From NCBI GenBank assembly GCA_027923505.1, contig BROI01000017.1, forward strand, positions 62,001 through 126,000: 64,000 nucleotides of DNA, in the 5' to 3' direction. Positions 11,781 to 21,936 of the stretch are shown piece after piece. Every line of letters starts with the position of its first letter. The stretch's first letter is position 1. Source of the stretch: Mayamaea pseudoterrestris (Eukaryota). Position numbers and translations under genes: made by a program. The notes beneath the pieces are model-generated. The model worked only from the letters and a program-made list of their open reading frames with translations, had not been told where the DNA came from and did not search any database.

Positions 11781-12151
11781 CAATATACGGTTAAGATGAA
11801 AAAGCTTTTTGACTCGATTCGATGCGCTAATGAGTGCTGCATCATGACCAACCAATGGCACCTGCATAACTCTTTTCTTTAAGCTGTAGCTCGCCAATGG
11901 TTAGCATAACTACCTTTAACTGAGACTTGGAGTAAAAGTACCAAGATACAGTTAATGTCGAAGCACTGCATGATGACGACAATGCGCGAATCAAAAACCG
12001 TAGCGACACAGCTGTGACACGCCTTTGTCGAAAAACCGTTGAGCGTCTGTCAATCAAAATCTTGTCAAGATTTCAAACTTTCGCATCAAGTTCAGAGCAA
12101 TACTACCAGTACTTCCATCTACGTAGTCTTCCAATCGAGAGTTTGACTATT

Positions 12152-13078
12152 ATGAAGATTACTTTTCGCGAGCCGAATCACTTGGAGCGGCAGTGGCTCG
12201 CCTTGGGAAGTCGAGGATCCTTCGACAGCTACTTGACGCAGCTTGATTTCAAGTTCATCAAAAAATGCTACCAGCATCCATTGATTGACGCGAAAATCTG
12301 CAAGGAATTTACCTGCGGAGAAAACGTCTTGATGTACATGGTCAAGCATGGGATTCCCAATCGTCGAGCCTTGGGAGCCGACTTGGATCAATTTTGCTGG
12401 TGGGTTCGCATGTGTCGGGTTGATCTGCAAGTCTTCAAGGATGCAAACATGAAGAACGACAAGGGCTTGACGCCACAAATGGTGACGCATATTGCGACGG
12501 ATGCAAGTATTATGGATATTTTGAAAAAGAATAAGGTCATTTTCGAGAATGGACGCATTTTGCTAACAGGCGCATCAACCTTGCCGGCGAATCAACTCGT
12601 CGAGCGCGTCCACTACGCAACGAGTCTGGAGCAGTTGCGCACCATGCTACGTGAAACTGGATCTTGGCTCGCTCCAGACGCCGAGCGAAGCGGGGCTCGT
12701 GGATCCGCTGGAACTGTTGCGGAAAAGTTGATCATTCAAATGTGGGCAGCCTGTGGAGCCACTCCACTGCCGACATTTGTTGCGACTCGCAATGAACAGC
12801 CCGCGCAAAAGGTTCCGCCGCGGCGACATGATCAGGAGCAGGAAATCGCGCGAGTCGGTCGTCGTCGAAACGTGTCAACGTCCGAGGAGGAGGCGGAGGA
12901 GGAGGAGGAAGCAGGCGCGTCGGCTAGCAGCTCAAAGTCGTCGCGCAACACACGCCCCCACCCTGCAGTTTCGCACACGGCAGCGCCGGCGGAATTTGAC
13001 GGAGAGGACGACGTTGACAATGATAGTGATTCATTAACGGCAATTCAAGAGCAGGTTGTCCATTATCATGAATATTAG
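12152..13078 (+). CDS. Hypothetical protein; frame continues past TAG 13076-13078 to TAA 13184-13186
   Basis: About 308-aa open frame with a globular N-terminus and acidic linker. The 35 codons after the stop read as a coiled coil. Confidence 0.65.
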   Translation: MKITFREPNHLERQWLALGSRGSFDSYLTQLDFKFIKKCYQHPLIDAKICKEFTCGENVLMYMVKHGIPNRRALGADLDQFCWWVRMCRVDLQVFKDANMKNDKGLTPQMVTHIATDASIMDILKKNKVIFENGRILLTGASTLPANQLVERVHYATSLEQLRTMLRETGSWLAPDAERSGARGSAGTVAEKLIIQMWAACGATPLPTFVATRNEQPAQKVPPRRHDQEQEIARVGRRRNVSTSEEEAEEEEEAGASASSSKSSRNTRPHPAVSHTAAPAEFDGEDDVDNDSDSLTAIQEQVVHYHEY

Positions 13079-13448
13079 GCGGCTCGGGCCCGAGGCGACA
13101 AGTACAAGGCGCTGGCTGCAAAGATTATGGAGAAGAATTCGGCATTGGAAGCAAAAGTCGCGCAGTTGAAGCGTAAGCGCGGATAAATGTGCAAGGGCTA
13201 ATATTAGTACTTGTACCGGAACGGAAGTCAGCAAGACAATGTCTTTGTATATTTAAAATTGTAGAAGGTCAAACAATGGGTCAGACACTTGGATCAGTTT
13301 CAATCAGGGTCATTTGCAACAACAAATCAAAAAAGCATGTGCACTGCATGAAGCAGTAATATATGTAACCATTTCTTGTTTCTCATTGTGCATTATTTCG
13401 TACTGAGTGCTGAAAAATAAAATGAGTCCATTTTCATTGGCTAATTTA

Positions 13449-16345
13449 CAAATGCCCCTACAGCAAGCCATATAAACACCCAAATTACACCAGAATGGTC
13501 TCAACATCATTATTAAGCCTGCGCTACAAGGTGGTATGCTTGGCTGGTGTCTCCGTAGACAGCAATGTGATTGGTGACAACTTGTCACCAATCTCAGCCC
13601 ACTGATGCCTTGACATTCAAACGCCCCTACAGCAAGCCATGTAAACACCCAAATTACACCAGAATGGTGCCAACATCATTATTCAGCCTGCGCTACAAGA
13701 TGGTATACTTAAACTGGTGTCTCCGTCAACTGCAATGTGATTGGTGACAACTTGTCACCAATCTCAGCCCACCAATGCCTTGACATTCAAAGGCCCCTAC
13801 AGCAAGCCATGTAAACACCCAAAATTATATCAGAATGGTGCCTACATCATTAATTTGCCTGCACTTCATGTTGGTATGCTTGGCTGGTTTCTCAGTAGAC
13901 TGCAATGTGATTGGTGACAACTTGTCTCCAATCTCAGCCCACCAATGCCTTGACATTCAAACGCCCTTACAGCAAGCCATGTATACACCCAAATTACACC
14001 AGAATGGCGCCAACATCATTTTGCAGCCTGCGCTACAAGATGGTATGCTTAATTATTGTCTCCGTGGACTGCAATGTGATTGGTGACAACTTGTCACCAA
14101 TCTCAGCCCACTGATGCCTTGACATTCAAATGCCCCTACAGCAAGCCATGTAAACACCCAAATTACACCAGAATGGTCTCAACATCTTTATTAAGCCTGC
14201 GCTACAAGATGGTATGCTTGGTTATTGTCTCCGTTAACTGCAATGTGATTGGTGACAACTTGTCACCAATCTCAGCCCACTGATGCCTTGACATTCAAAC
14301 GCCCCTACAGCAAGCCATGTAAACACCCAAATTACACCAGAATGGTGCCAACATCATTATTCCGCCTGCGCTACAAGATGGTATGCTTGGCTGGTGTCTC
14401 CGTAGACTGCAATGTGATTGGTGACAACTTGTCACCAATCTCAGCCCACTGATGCCTTGACATTCAAATGCCCCTACAGCAAGCCATATAAACACCCAAA
14501 TTACACCAGAATGGTCTCAACATCATTATTAAGCCTGCGCTACAAGGTGGTATGCTTGGCTGGTGTCTCCGTAGACAGCAATGTGATTGGTGACAACTTG
14601 TCACCAATCTCAGCCCACTGATGCCTTGACATTCAAACGCCCCTACAGCAAGCCATGTAAACACCCAAATTACACCAGAATGGTGCCAACATCATTATTC
14701 AGCCTGCGCTACAAGATGGTATACTTAAACTGGTGTCTCCGTCAACTGCAATGTGATTGGTGACAACTTGTCACCAATCTCAGCCCACCAATGCCTTGAC
14801 ATTCAAAGGCCCCTACAGCAAGCCATGTAAACACCCAAAATTATATCAGAATGGTGCCTACATCATTAATTTGCCTGCACTTCATGTTGGTATGCTTGGC
14901 TGGTTTCTCAGTAGACTGCAATGTGATTGGTGACAACTTGTCTCCAATCTCAGCCCACCAATGCCTTGACATTCAAACGCCCTTACAGCAAGCCATGTAT
15001 ACACCCAAATTACACCAGAATGGCGCCAACATCATTTTGCAGCCTGCGCTACAAGATGGTATGCTTAATTATTGTCTCCGTGGACTGCAATGTGATTGGT
15101 GACAACTTGTCACCAATCTCAGCCCACTGATGCCTTGACATTCAAATGCCCCTACAGCAAGCCATGTAAACACCCAAATTACACCAGAATGGTCTCAACA
15201 TCTTTATTAAGCCTGCGCTACAAGATGGTATGCTTGGTTATTGTCTCCGTTAACTGCAATGTGATTGGTGACAACTTGTCACCAATCTCAGCCCACTGAT
15301 GCCTTGACATTCAAACGCCCCTACAGCAAGCCATGTAAACACCCAAATTACACCAGAATGGTGCCAACATCATTATTCCGCCTGCGCTACAAGATGGTAT
15401 GCTTGGCTGGTGTCTCCGTAGACTGCAATGTGATTGGTGACAACTTGTCACCAATCTCAGCCCACTGATGCCTTGACATTTAAACGCCCCTACAGCAGGC
15501 CATGTAAACACCCAAATTACACCAGAATGGTGCCTACATCCTTATTCAGCCTGTGCTACAAGATGGTATGCTTATTTATTGTCTCCGTCAACTGCAATGT
15601 GATTGGTGACAACTTGTCACCAATCTCAGCCCACTTATGCCTTGACATTCAAACGCCCCTACAGCAAGCCATGTATACACCCAAATTACACCAGAATGGT
15701 GCCAACATCATTATTCAGCCTGCGCTACAAGATGGTATGCTTGGTTATTGTCTCCGTCAACTGCAATGTGATTGGTGACAACTTGTCACCAATCTCAGCC
15801 CACTGATGCCTTGACATTCAAACGCCCCTACAGCAAGCCATGTATACACCCAAATTACACCATAATGGTGCCAACATCATTATTCAACCTGCGCTACAAG
15901 ATGGTATTTTGGTTATTGTCTCCATGGACTGCAATGTGATTGGTGACAACTTGTCACCAATCTCAGCCCACCGATGCCTTGACATTCAAACACCCCTACA
16001 GCAGGCCATGTATACACCCAAATTACACCAAAATGGTGCCAACATCATTATTCAGCATGCGCTACAAGATGGTATACTTGGCTGGTGTCTCCGTTAACAG
16101 CAATGTGATTGGTGACAACTTGTCACCAATCTCAGCCCACCAATGCCTTGACATTCAAAGGCCCCTACAGCAAGCCATGTATACATCCAAATTATACCAG
16201 AATGGTGCCAACATCATTAATCAAAAAGCTTCACTACAAGATAGTATGATTGGTTAGTGTCTCAGTAGACTTCAATGTGACTGGTGAGAAGTTCTCACCA
16301 GTCTCAGCCCGCAGATGCCTTGACATTCAAATGCTTCTACAGCAA
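13449..16345. repeat. Satellite, 17 monomers of ~169 bp, each with a 25-bp palindrome; includes a 1016-bp (6-mer) tandem duplication
   Basis: The palindrome GATTGGTGACAACTTGTCACCAATC starts at 13569, 13739, 13909, 14078, 14247, 14416, 14585, 14755, 14925, 15094, 15263, 15432, 15601, 15770, 15938, 16107 and 16279 (variant). Confidence 0.97.
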
Positions 16346-17618
16346 TGACTTAAACTACACGGTCACCATGCTGACGCGACTTGCTCTGGTTGCAGCAGCG
16401 ACAACGACTTGCGTCACGGCTGGCTTTTTGTGGTGGGCCTTGCCACAGCCTTTTGCGCGATTTGTAACCTGCGTTGCCAGCCTCGCTTACATTTTGCAGC
16501 AGGACAATACGCCAGCGCTCAAATGGTGCGGCGCCACCATGCTGCTGATAGTGTGACTCTTCAACACGCCAATGCTAGTTCGTTGCCATTGATGCATGAT
16601 TCAAACTATGTGACAACATTATCGAGTCGACACACCTTTTTTCAGGCACACTTGTGCATGGCGCTGGAAGTATTGTCAAGAAGTCTGCAATGAAGAAGCT
16701 TTTATTGGGCATTGGTGACACTGCTAGCTGTTCAATGGGCATTTCTTTGGTTGTGGCGGTCAGCGCTTTTGCGTGTGCTAGCGTTGGAATCAACATCGCC
16801 ATGTGTGATTGTATTGGTGCTGCTAACTGGCAAGTGGGCAACAGGGACAGTGGTGCGCATGCTGAGTCTCTTGGCATCTGGTGGCGCATTGTGCTGGTTC
16901 ATGGAGCAGGCACGACAACTTCTGCAGCCACCGTGGTAGCACTGGAGCATGAGAATGGTGCCAAAGCAATTGAAAGTGCTGCGAATGGCAACACAGAAGC
17001 TGGTGCAAATGCTGCACACAATCAAAAGGACTCTTATATACCAGAAGCCTATTGATCTATTGATGCTTCCATTTATCAATTAGTGCTCAATATTGATAAT
17101 GCGCTGGAGGATGACTTTGAAGTTGATGAGGTGGCGTTTGAAACATTGCATTTTGAAAAACGACTTGATCCCTATCATCGCGCACAGCAGCAGCCTGCAT
17201 CAGCGCAACAAACTATGTTGACTGTCAAGAATTTCTTAACAGTGGGCTCGACAGTCTCATTTGGATCCATGGCACAATGTGGACTGTTGGGAGTACTTGC
17301 ACAATTTGTTTGGTGCGCAAGATTGATGTTGCACGATCAGTCATAGTCCTGGCCAGACAAGTGGGGTTTCAGGGCATGCAGGTTGGGCAACGTAATGCAA
17401 CTTTTCTGTTGAGAGTGGGAGGTGCGCTCAGCAATGGATCAAGGGGTTTCATAAGCCACTTTTGGACCTGCCTATGTGCCACATCACCGCGTACTACTAG
17501 AGCTACCACATTGCTGCTCACAATGTTGCACTGATCATTGAAGAGTCTGGGGTTGAGCAAAAAACCATTCACAATGACATTTTGATGCACATGTGTGCTT
17601 GTGTTGGTGGCAGCCGGA

Positions 17619-17744
17619 ACCATCATTGTGCTTACACATTTCATCATGGTTCACCAGCTCAAATCAAAGGCTGAAGTCACCACCATCATTGTGCTTACAC
17701 ATTTCATCATGGTTCACCAGCTCAAATCAAAGGCTGAAGTCACC
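17619..17744. repeat. 63-bp direct tandem duplication
   Basis: ACCATCATTGTGCTTACACATTTC...GCTGAAGTCACC at 17619-17681 and 17682-17744. Confidence 0.93.
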
Positions 17745-18052
17745 AGCCTCCATATAGCCAAGAACTTTCTTCTCAGCTTTGTCCTTTCGTATACTCTTTT
17801 ATTTACTGTTATGGAACCTATTTGGGCAACCGTGAAACCGTAAAAGTACTTACATCTCTTTTGTGCAACATCCGCAGATCTTATGCCAGACCTACCCTTT
17901 CGTGTATCATAGACTAAACAGGCTGTCCAAGTATGACAGCGTAAGCTAGCGTTAACATTTTCTAAAACATTAATACTAGTACTTTAGGTGAGCCAAGGTG
18001 CCTAGCAAAACAGCATAATCCAATTCATTCAGTTACTCTTTTGTCACTGGTC

Positions 18053-21000
18053 TCAACGCCGCTGGCGACTCAAGAATCCCAGCCCTTTCTGGCGTCGAGC
18101 TGACAGGCTGAGCGAGGGGCTCGACGGTGGCTCCATGGATGAAACACTAGATGTCGAGCATGGAACAGGAACTGTAGTTGACGGAGCCACCTCGACAGGA
18201 GCTTCGGTCTCGGACTCTGGCCGCTGCAACAATTTCTTCAACTCCTCTATTTCGCTTTCAAGCTCCGTGACTCTTTTTGCTTGGCTCTCCAGCTCTCCTT
18301 CAAGCTCACATGACTTTGTCTCACCAGCTGGTTTAATCTTTTCAGTAATCTCGCGCAAGACTTCTTTTGCCAGCTTCTTCCGCAGGTCAGCGTTTTCATT
18401 CTGAAGAAATTTGTTCTTCCAACGCAGCTTCTCCGTTCGATCCTTGACTTCATTGACACGACTTGCGACCTGCGTGTCCAAAGTGTTGCGCTCTCTGGAT
18501 TCTGCTTCATTTGCATGTTGGTGGTAGACTTCCAACTCCTTTCTCAGCTTGTCTATTTCTGCGGCGTGTTCAAATTTCTTATCTTCAATCTCTCCCATAA
18601 GGGATTTTATTTGGCGCTCCTGCTGTGCGACTGTTTTTGTCAGCTCAACGAGCTCCTGTTGCATGTCGTCAATTTCTTCTCGGCGACTGACAGCTCTTGT
18701 TTCCATACCACCCTGCAAATGGTCCATTTCTGTCTTCATCTGATCGACAAGCTCCTGGTGAGCGGTCAGGGCTTGCTGCAAAGCAAAGATTCTTCCGTCT
18801 CGCTCCGTCACTTCATTTTCCACCTCTTCCCTTAACTCCTTCATGGCAGCGAGCGTTGCCTCAACTTCGCGACGCATAAACTCCAGCTCTTCTGCCTTGT
18901 CTTCCTTTTGCGTCGCAAGGACACGGTTGAGGTTATCAATTGTCGTGTCCTTGTCTTGCGCAATTAACCGCAGTTTGAGCTCGTAATTGTCGACAATTTC
19001 CGAGAGCGTCTTGACTTCAGCTTGAGACTCCTCAAGTTGCTGTAAAAGCAGCTCAACTTCCACCATTATTTCCTCCTTTTCCTCGTTCAAATTTGTCGTA
19101 GCCGAAGACTCCTTTTGCGCCACTTCATGCTCCAGTTCGAAAATGGTGTTTCTCGCCCTGTCCAACGCGTCGGTCTGGTGAGCAAGGTTCAGTCTTAGAC
19201 TGTCCACCTCTGACTTCAACGACTCCACTTGCATTTCGTCCACCATGGCGTTGGTTGCTGATTGCTGCAGAAGCTTAAGTTGTGTTTCTTTCTGCTTCAA
19301 TTGCACATCCTTTGCTTTGATTTGCGCCTCGAGCTCCATTCGTTTCTCATCAAGACTATCAATGATGAGCTGCTTGGCACGCTCACTTTCAAGCTCAGCC
19401 TCCAAATCTGCCTTCTCTTTCGACAAGACACTTAGCTGCGCTTCCACTTGCTCCAGTTTCGCCTTTAATTCAACTGTTTCTTGTCGCAGAGCCACAGTTT
19501 CGTTGCCAGCCTCTTCAAATTCAGTCTGCTTTCGTTTCAGTTCTCGAATTTCTTCTAGCAAAAGCTGGTTGGCCTCCTCGAGCTCGTCCACTTTTGAACT
19601 CAAATCAGCAATGGTGCTTGTTGACATGGCAAGATTGCGCCTGAGCTCCGTCCCTTCCTGCTCCATTGCACGAGCTTGCTCCTCGCGTGAGCGAATAGCA
19701 CGAGTTAATGTTTCAATCTCTTCATCCTGTTCAATAATTTGCTCGGCAAACATTTCCGTCTCGCGACGTAGTTGCTTGACTTCATCCCAACTCGGTCCTT
19801 GGTGCGAAGATTCATGTGGACTCGCCTTCTCGGCTTGAAGGGCTTCAAACCCTTCCGATACAACCTTGAGCTGCGAGTTTAATTCGGCAATCACACCTTC
19901 TTGCTCCATGGAACGCTGCACTAAGTTGGAAATAGCCTTGTCGCGTTCCTGTATTTGTACCAGAGGAGTGACACTGACATCCGTGCCGGAATTGCTCAAG
20001 GTTTCATTCTCTGTCGGATTACGAATTGCCAAGCATTCTTGTCCAGCCTCGCGCAACTGCGTCCGAAGCATGCCGAGTTCGGATTCCAAAACATCAACTT
20101 GCGCCTTGAGGCGGGCATTTGCTTCAAGCATTTCATCCGACTGTTTGCTCAACCGCGCATTCTCATGCGTCAAGGACTTTTCAACTTCTCTGCGCGAGTC
20201 CAAGTCGGTATGAAGCTGTTCTACTTCCTCCTTGGAGCCGCCTTCCATCAGAATGACATCGTAACCTTCACCTTCTTCGTCAGCACCCGACGCCTTGCTA
20301 CGCAGTGCCGTTAGCTCCATTTGAACAGCTTGCAGTTGCTGCTCCAGTCCCACAGACGATCGCATCAAGTGACCAATCCTCGTGTCGCGGTCGTCCACTT
20401 GGTCAATCAAATTTTCAATCAGTGCTTCCTTTTCGCGAACAGACTCTTCCGATCGGTCCAACTCGTGCCGCACCGCTCCCAGTTTTCGTCGCAAGCTTTC
20501 CAAGTCGTACGATGCAGGTGGAGCGTCTCGGTTGCCACGCATGTTTGACTCGTGCTTGAGCACAATGAATTCTTGCAGCTGCGCCTGAATCGCTCGCTTG
20601 TCGGCCTGCAACGACCGGACCTTTTCGCGCGCTTCCTCCGTCTCTTGCTGATGTGTTTGTTTCATGTTGGCAATGGCAGCTTGCGCTTGCTGCAGTTGCT
20701 CGCGCAATTGAGCATTCTCCTCCACATTGCGTTGATTGTTGACAGCAGCAGCAGGCTGCATTGGCGTCCAGGCTCGTTCCTGCTCATCCCGTTCCTTCTG
20801 CATGATGAGTAGCTGGCGCAGTTTTTCCCGCTGCGAGTCTACAATGAGGTGCAAATCGTCCGTCTCCGACTTGCGAAAGTGTTCCAAGGCGGCTGCCTGC
20901 TGCTCCACCAAGGCAAGCTGCTGACGCAGTTGGTGAATCATGATCAAGTACTTGTTGTCCGTGTCGTTATTTCCATTGTTAATTGGATACTGCTGCTGCC

Positions 21001-21496
21001 GCTGCTGCTGATAATCATGTCGCTCAAAGTTAAGGTCCTTGACTGTTTCCGATCCAAGGGTCGAGTCGTCGTCGTTGGCATTTGCGACAAAGGCAAAATC
21101 GACTTCGTCATCATCGACGTTATCGTCTTGCTTCTTCTCCGTCCGATGCTCCGAATCAAAGAGTCGTCGCGAGTATTGACTCAATGGAGGAGATTCGGGA
21201 GACGACCTTCTGGATTCGTCGGGGTGATAGTGCTGCTCGGGTGGATCAACGGACGAACATCTCGACGAACCTCCACCACCGTCTCCACCTCCTTCTGCAA
21301 ATCTTTTGGCAGTAGCAGTAGAAATATAATTAGGCGATTCATTTGTAGCTTTTGTTGGATCAACCTGTTGGACATGGTCTCGCAATGATGACGCTGTAGA
21401 TGCTGTAGATTTTGGGGAAGTCACACTCCGATTCTGCTTCAGCCGCGGCGGTGGAGCTCCCGGAGGCGGAGGTGGCGGAACGACCGACCGAAGCAT
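18053..21496 (-). CDS. Large coiled-coil protein with N-terminal proline-rich region
   Basis: About 1147-aa open frame, E/Q/L/K-rich heptads over most of its length; ATG at 21496. Confidence 0.85.
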   Translation of the reverse strand: MLRSVVPPPPPPGAPPPRLKQNRSVTSPKSTASTASSLRDHVQQVDPTKATNESPNYISTATAKRFAEGGGDGGGGSSRCSSVDPPEQHYHPDESRRSSPESPPLSQYSRRLFDSEHRTEKKQDDNVDDDEVDFAFVANANDDDSTLGSETVKDLNFERHDYQQQRQQQYPINNGNNDTDNKYLIMIHQLRQQLALVEQQAAALEHFRKSETDDLHLIVDSQREKLRQLLIMQKERDEQERAWTPMQPAAAVNNQRNVEENAQLREQLQQAQAAIANMKQTHQQETEEAREKVRSLQADKRAIQAQLQEFIVLKHESNMRGNRDAPPASYDLESLRRKLGAVRHELDRSEESVREKEALIENLIDQVDDRDTRIGHLMRSSVGLEQQLQAVQMELTALRSKASGADEEGEGYDVILMEGGSKEEVEQLHTDLDSRREVEKSLTHENARLSKQSDEMLEANARLKAQVDVLESELGMLRTQLREAGQECLAIRNPTENETLSNSGTDVSVTPLVQIQERDKAISNLVQRSMEQEGVIAELNSQLKVVSEGFEALQAEKASPHESSHQGPSWDEVKQLRRETEMFAEQIIEQDEEIETLTRAIRSREEQARAMEQEGTELRRNLAMSTSTIADLSSKVDELEEANQLLLEEIRELKRKQTEFEEAGNETVALRQETVELKAKLEQVEAQLSVLSKEKADLEAELESERAKQLIIDSLDEKRMELEAQIKAKDVQLKQKETQLKLLQQSATNAMVDEMQVESLKSEVDSLRLNLAHQTDALDRARNTIFELEHEVAQKESSATTNLNEEKEEIMVEVELLLQQLEESQAEVKTLSEIVDNYELKLRLIAQDKDTTIDNLNRVLATQKEDKAEELEFMRREVEATLAAMKELREEVENEVTERDGRIFALQQALTAHQELVDQMKTEMDHLQGGMETRAVSRREEIDDMQQELVELTKTVAQQERQIKSLMGEIEDKKFEHAAEIDKLRKELEVYHQHANEAESRERNTLDTQVASRVNEVKDRTEKLRWKNKFLQNENADLRKKLAKEVLREITEKIKPAGETKSCELEGELESQAKRVTELESEIEELKKLLQRPESETEAPVEVAPSTTVPVPCSTSSVSSMEPPSSPSLSLSARRQKGLGFLSRQRR

Positions 21497-21936
21497 GGCG
21501 TTCAACTACTGCTTCCTCTATGTATTGGTAGCTGTCTTGACAAGTTTAATGTTAGCAGGATGCTATAGCAGCAGGGATGCGACAAGCATCACATTCTTGC
21601 CAAGGTCGAAACGCCAGGCTTGGAGGCCAAGAGCCAGCCCGCCGCGCGAGCCGATCCACACGACATGTAACTAATTTTCGTTACATAGTCACCAAAAACA
21701 AGGCCGGCGCGCAATCGAAACGGCTCACTGGAAGATTAGCTACTTTTACACTGACAAGTGATTGTTGAATGCAAGAAATATCATGCAGATCAAGGTTAAA
21801 GTTTATGTACAGATTTAAGGCAGATAAGTGGTCCGTGATTGTTCGCCGCTCATGCCCAACTTCAGCTACCTGTCGCGAATGCGTCAAGGCCACCGTCGGC
21901 GCCTGGCACATTGTTTTCGAAATAACCGACGACAAG

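Noticed and set aside
13449..16345. Palindromic repeats as CRISPR or attC cassettes, and the repeated 66-114-aa ORFs as genes
   Set aside because: Sequence between the palindromes is also repeated. The ORFs shift frame with the 169-bp period and are by-products of the satellite.
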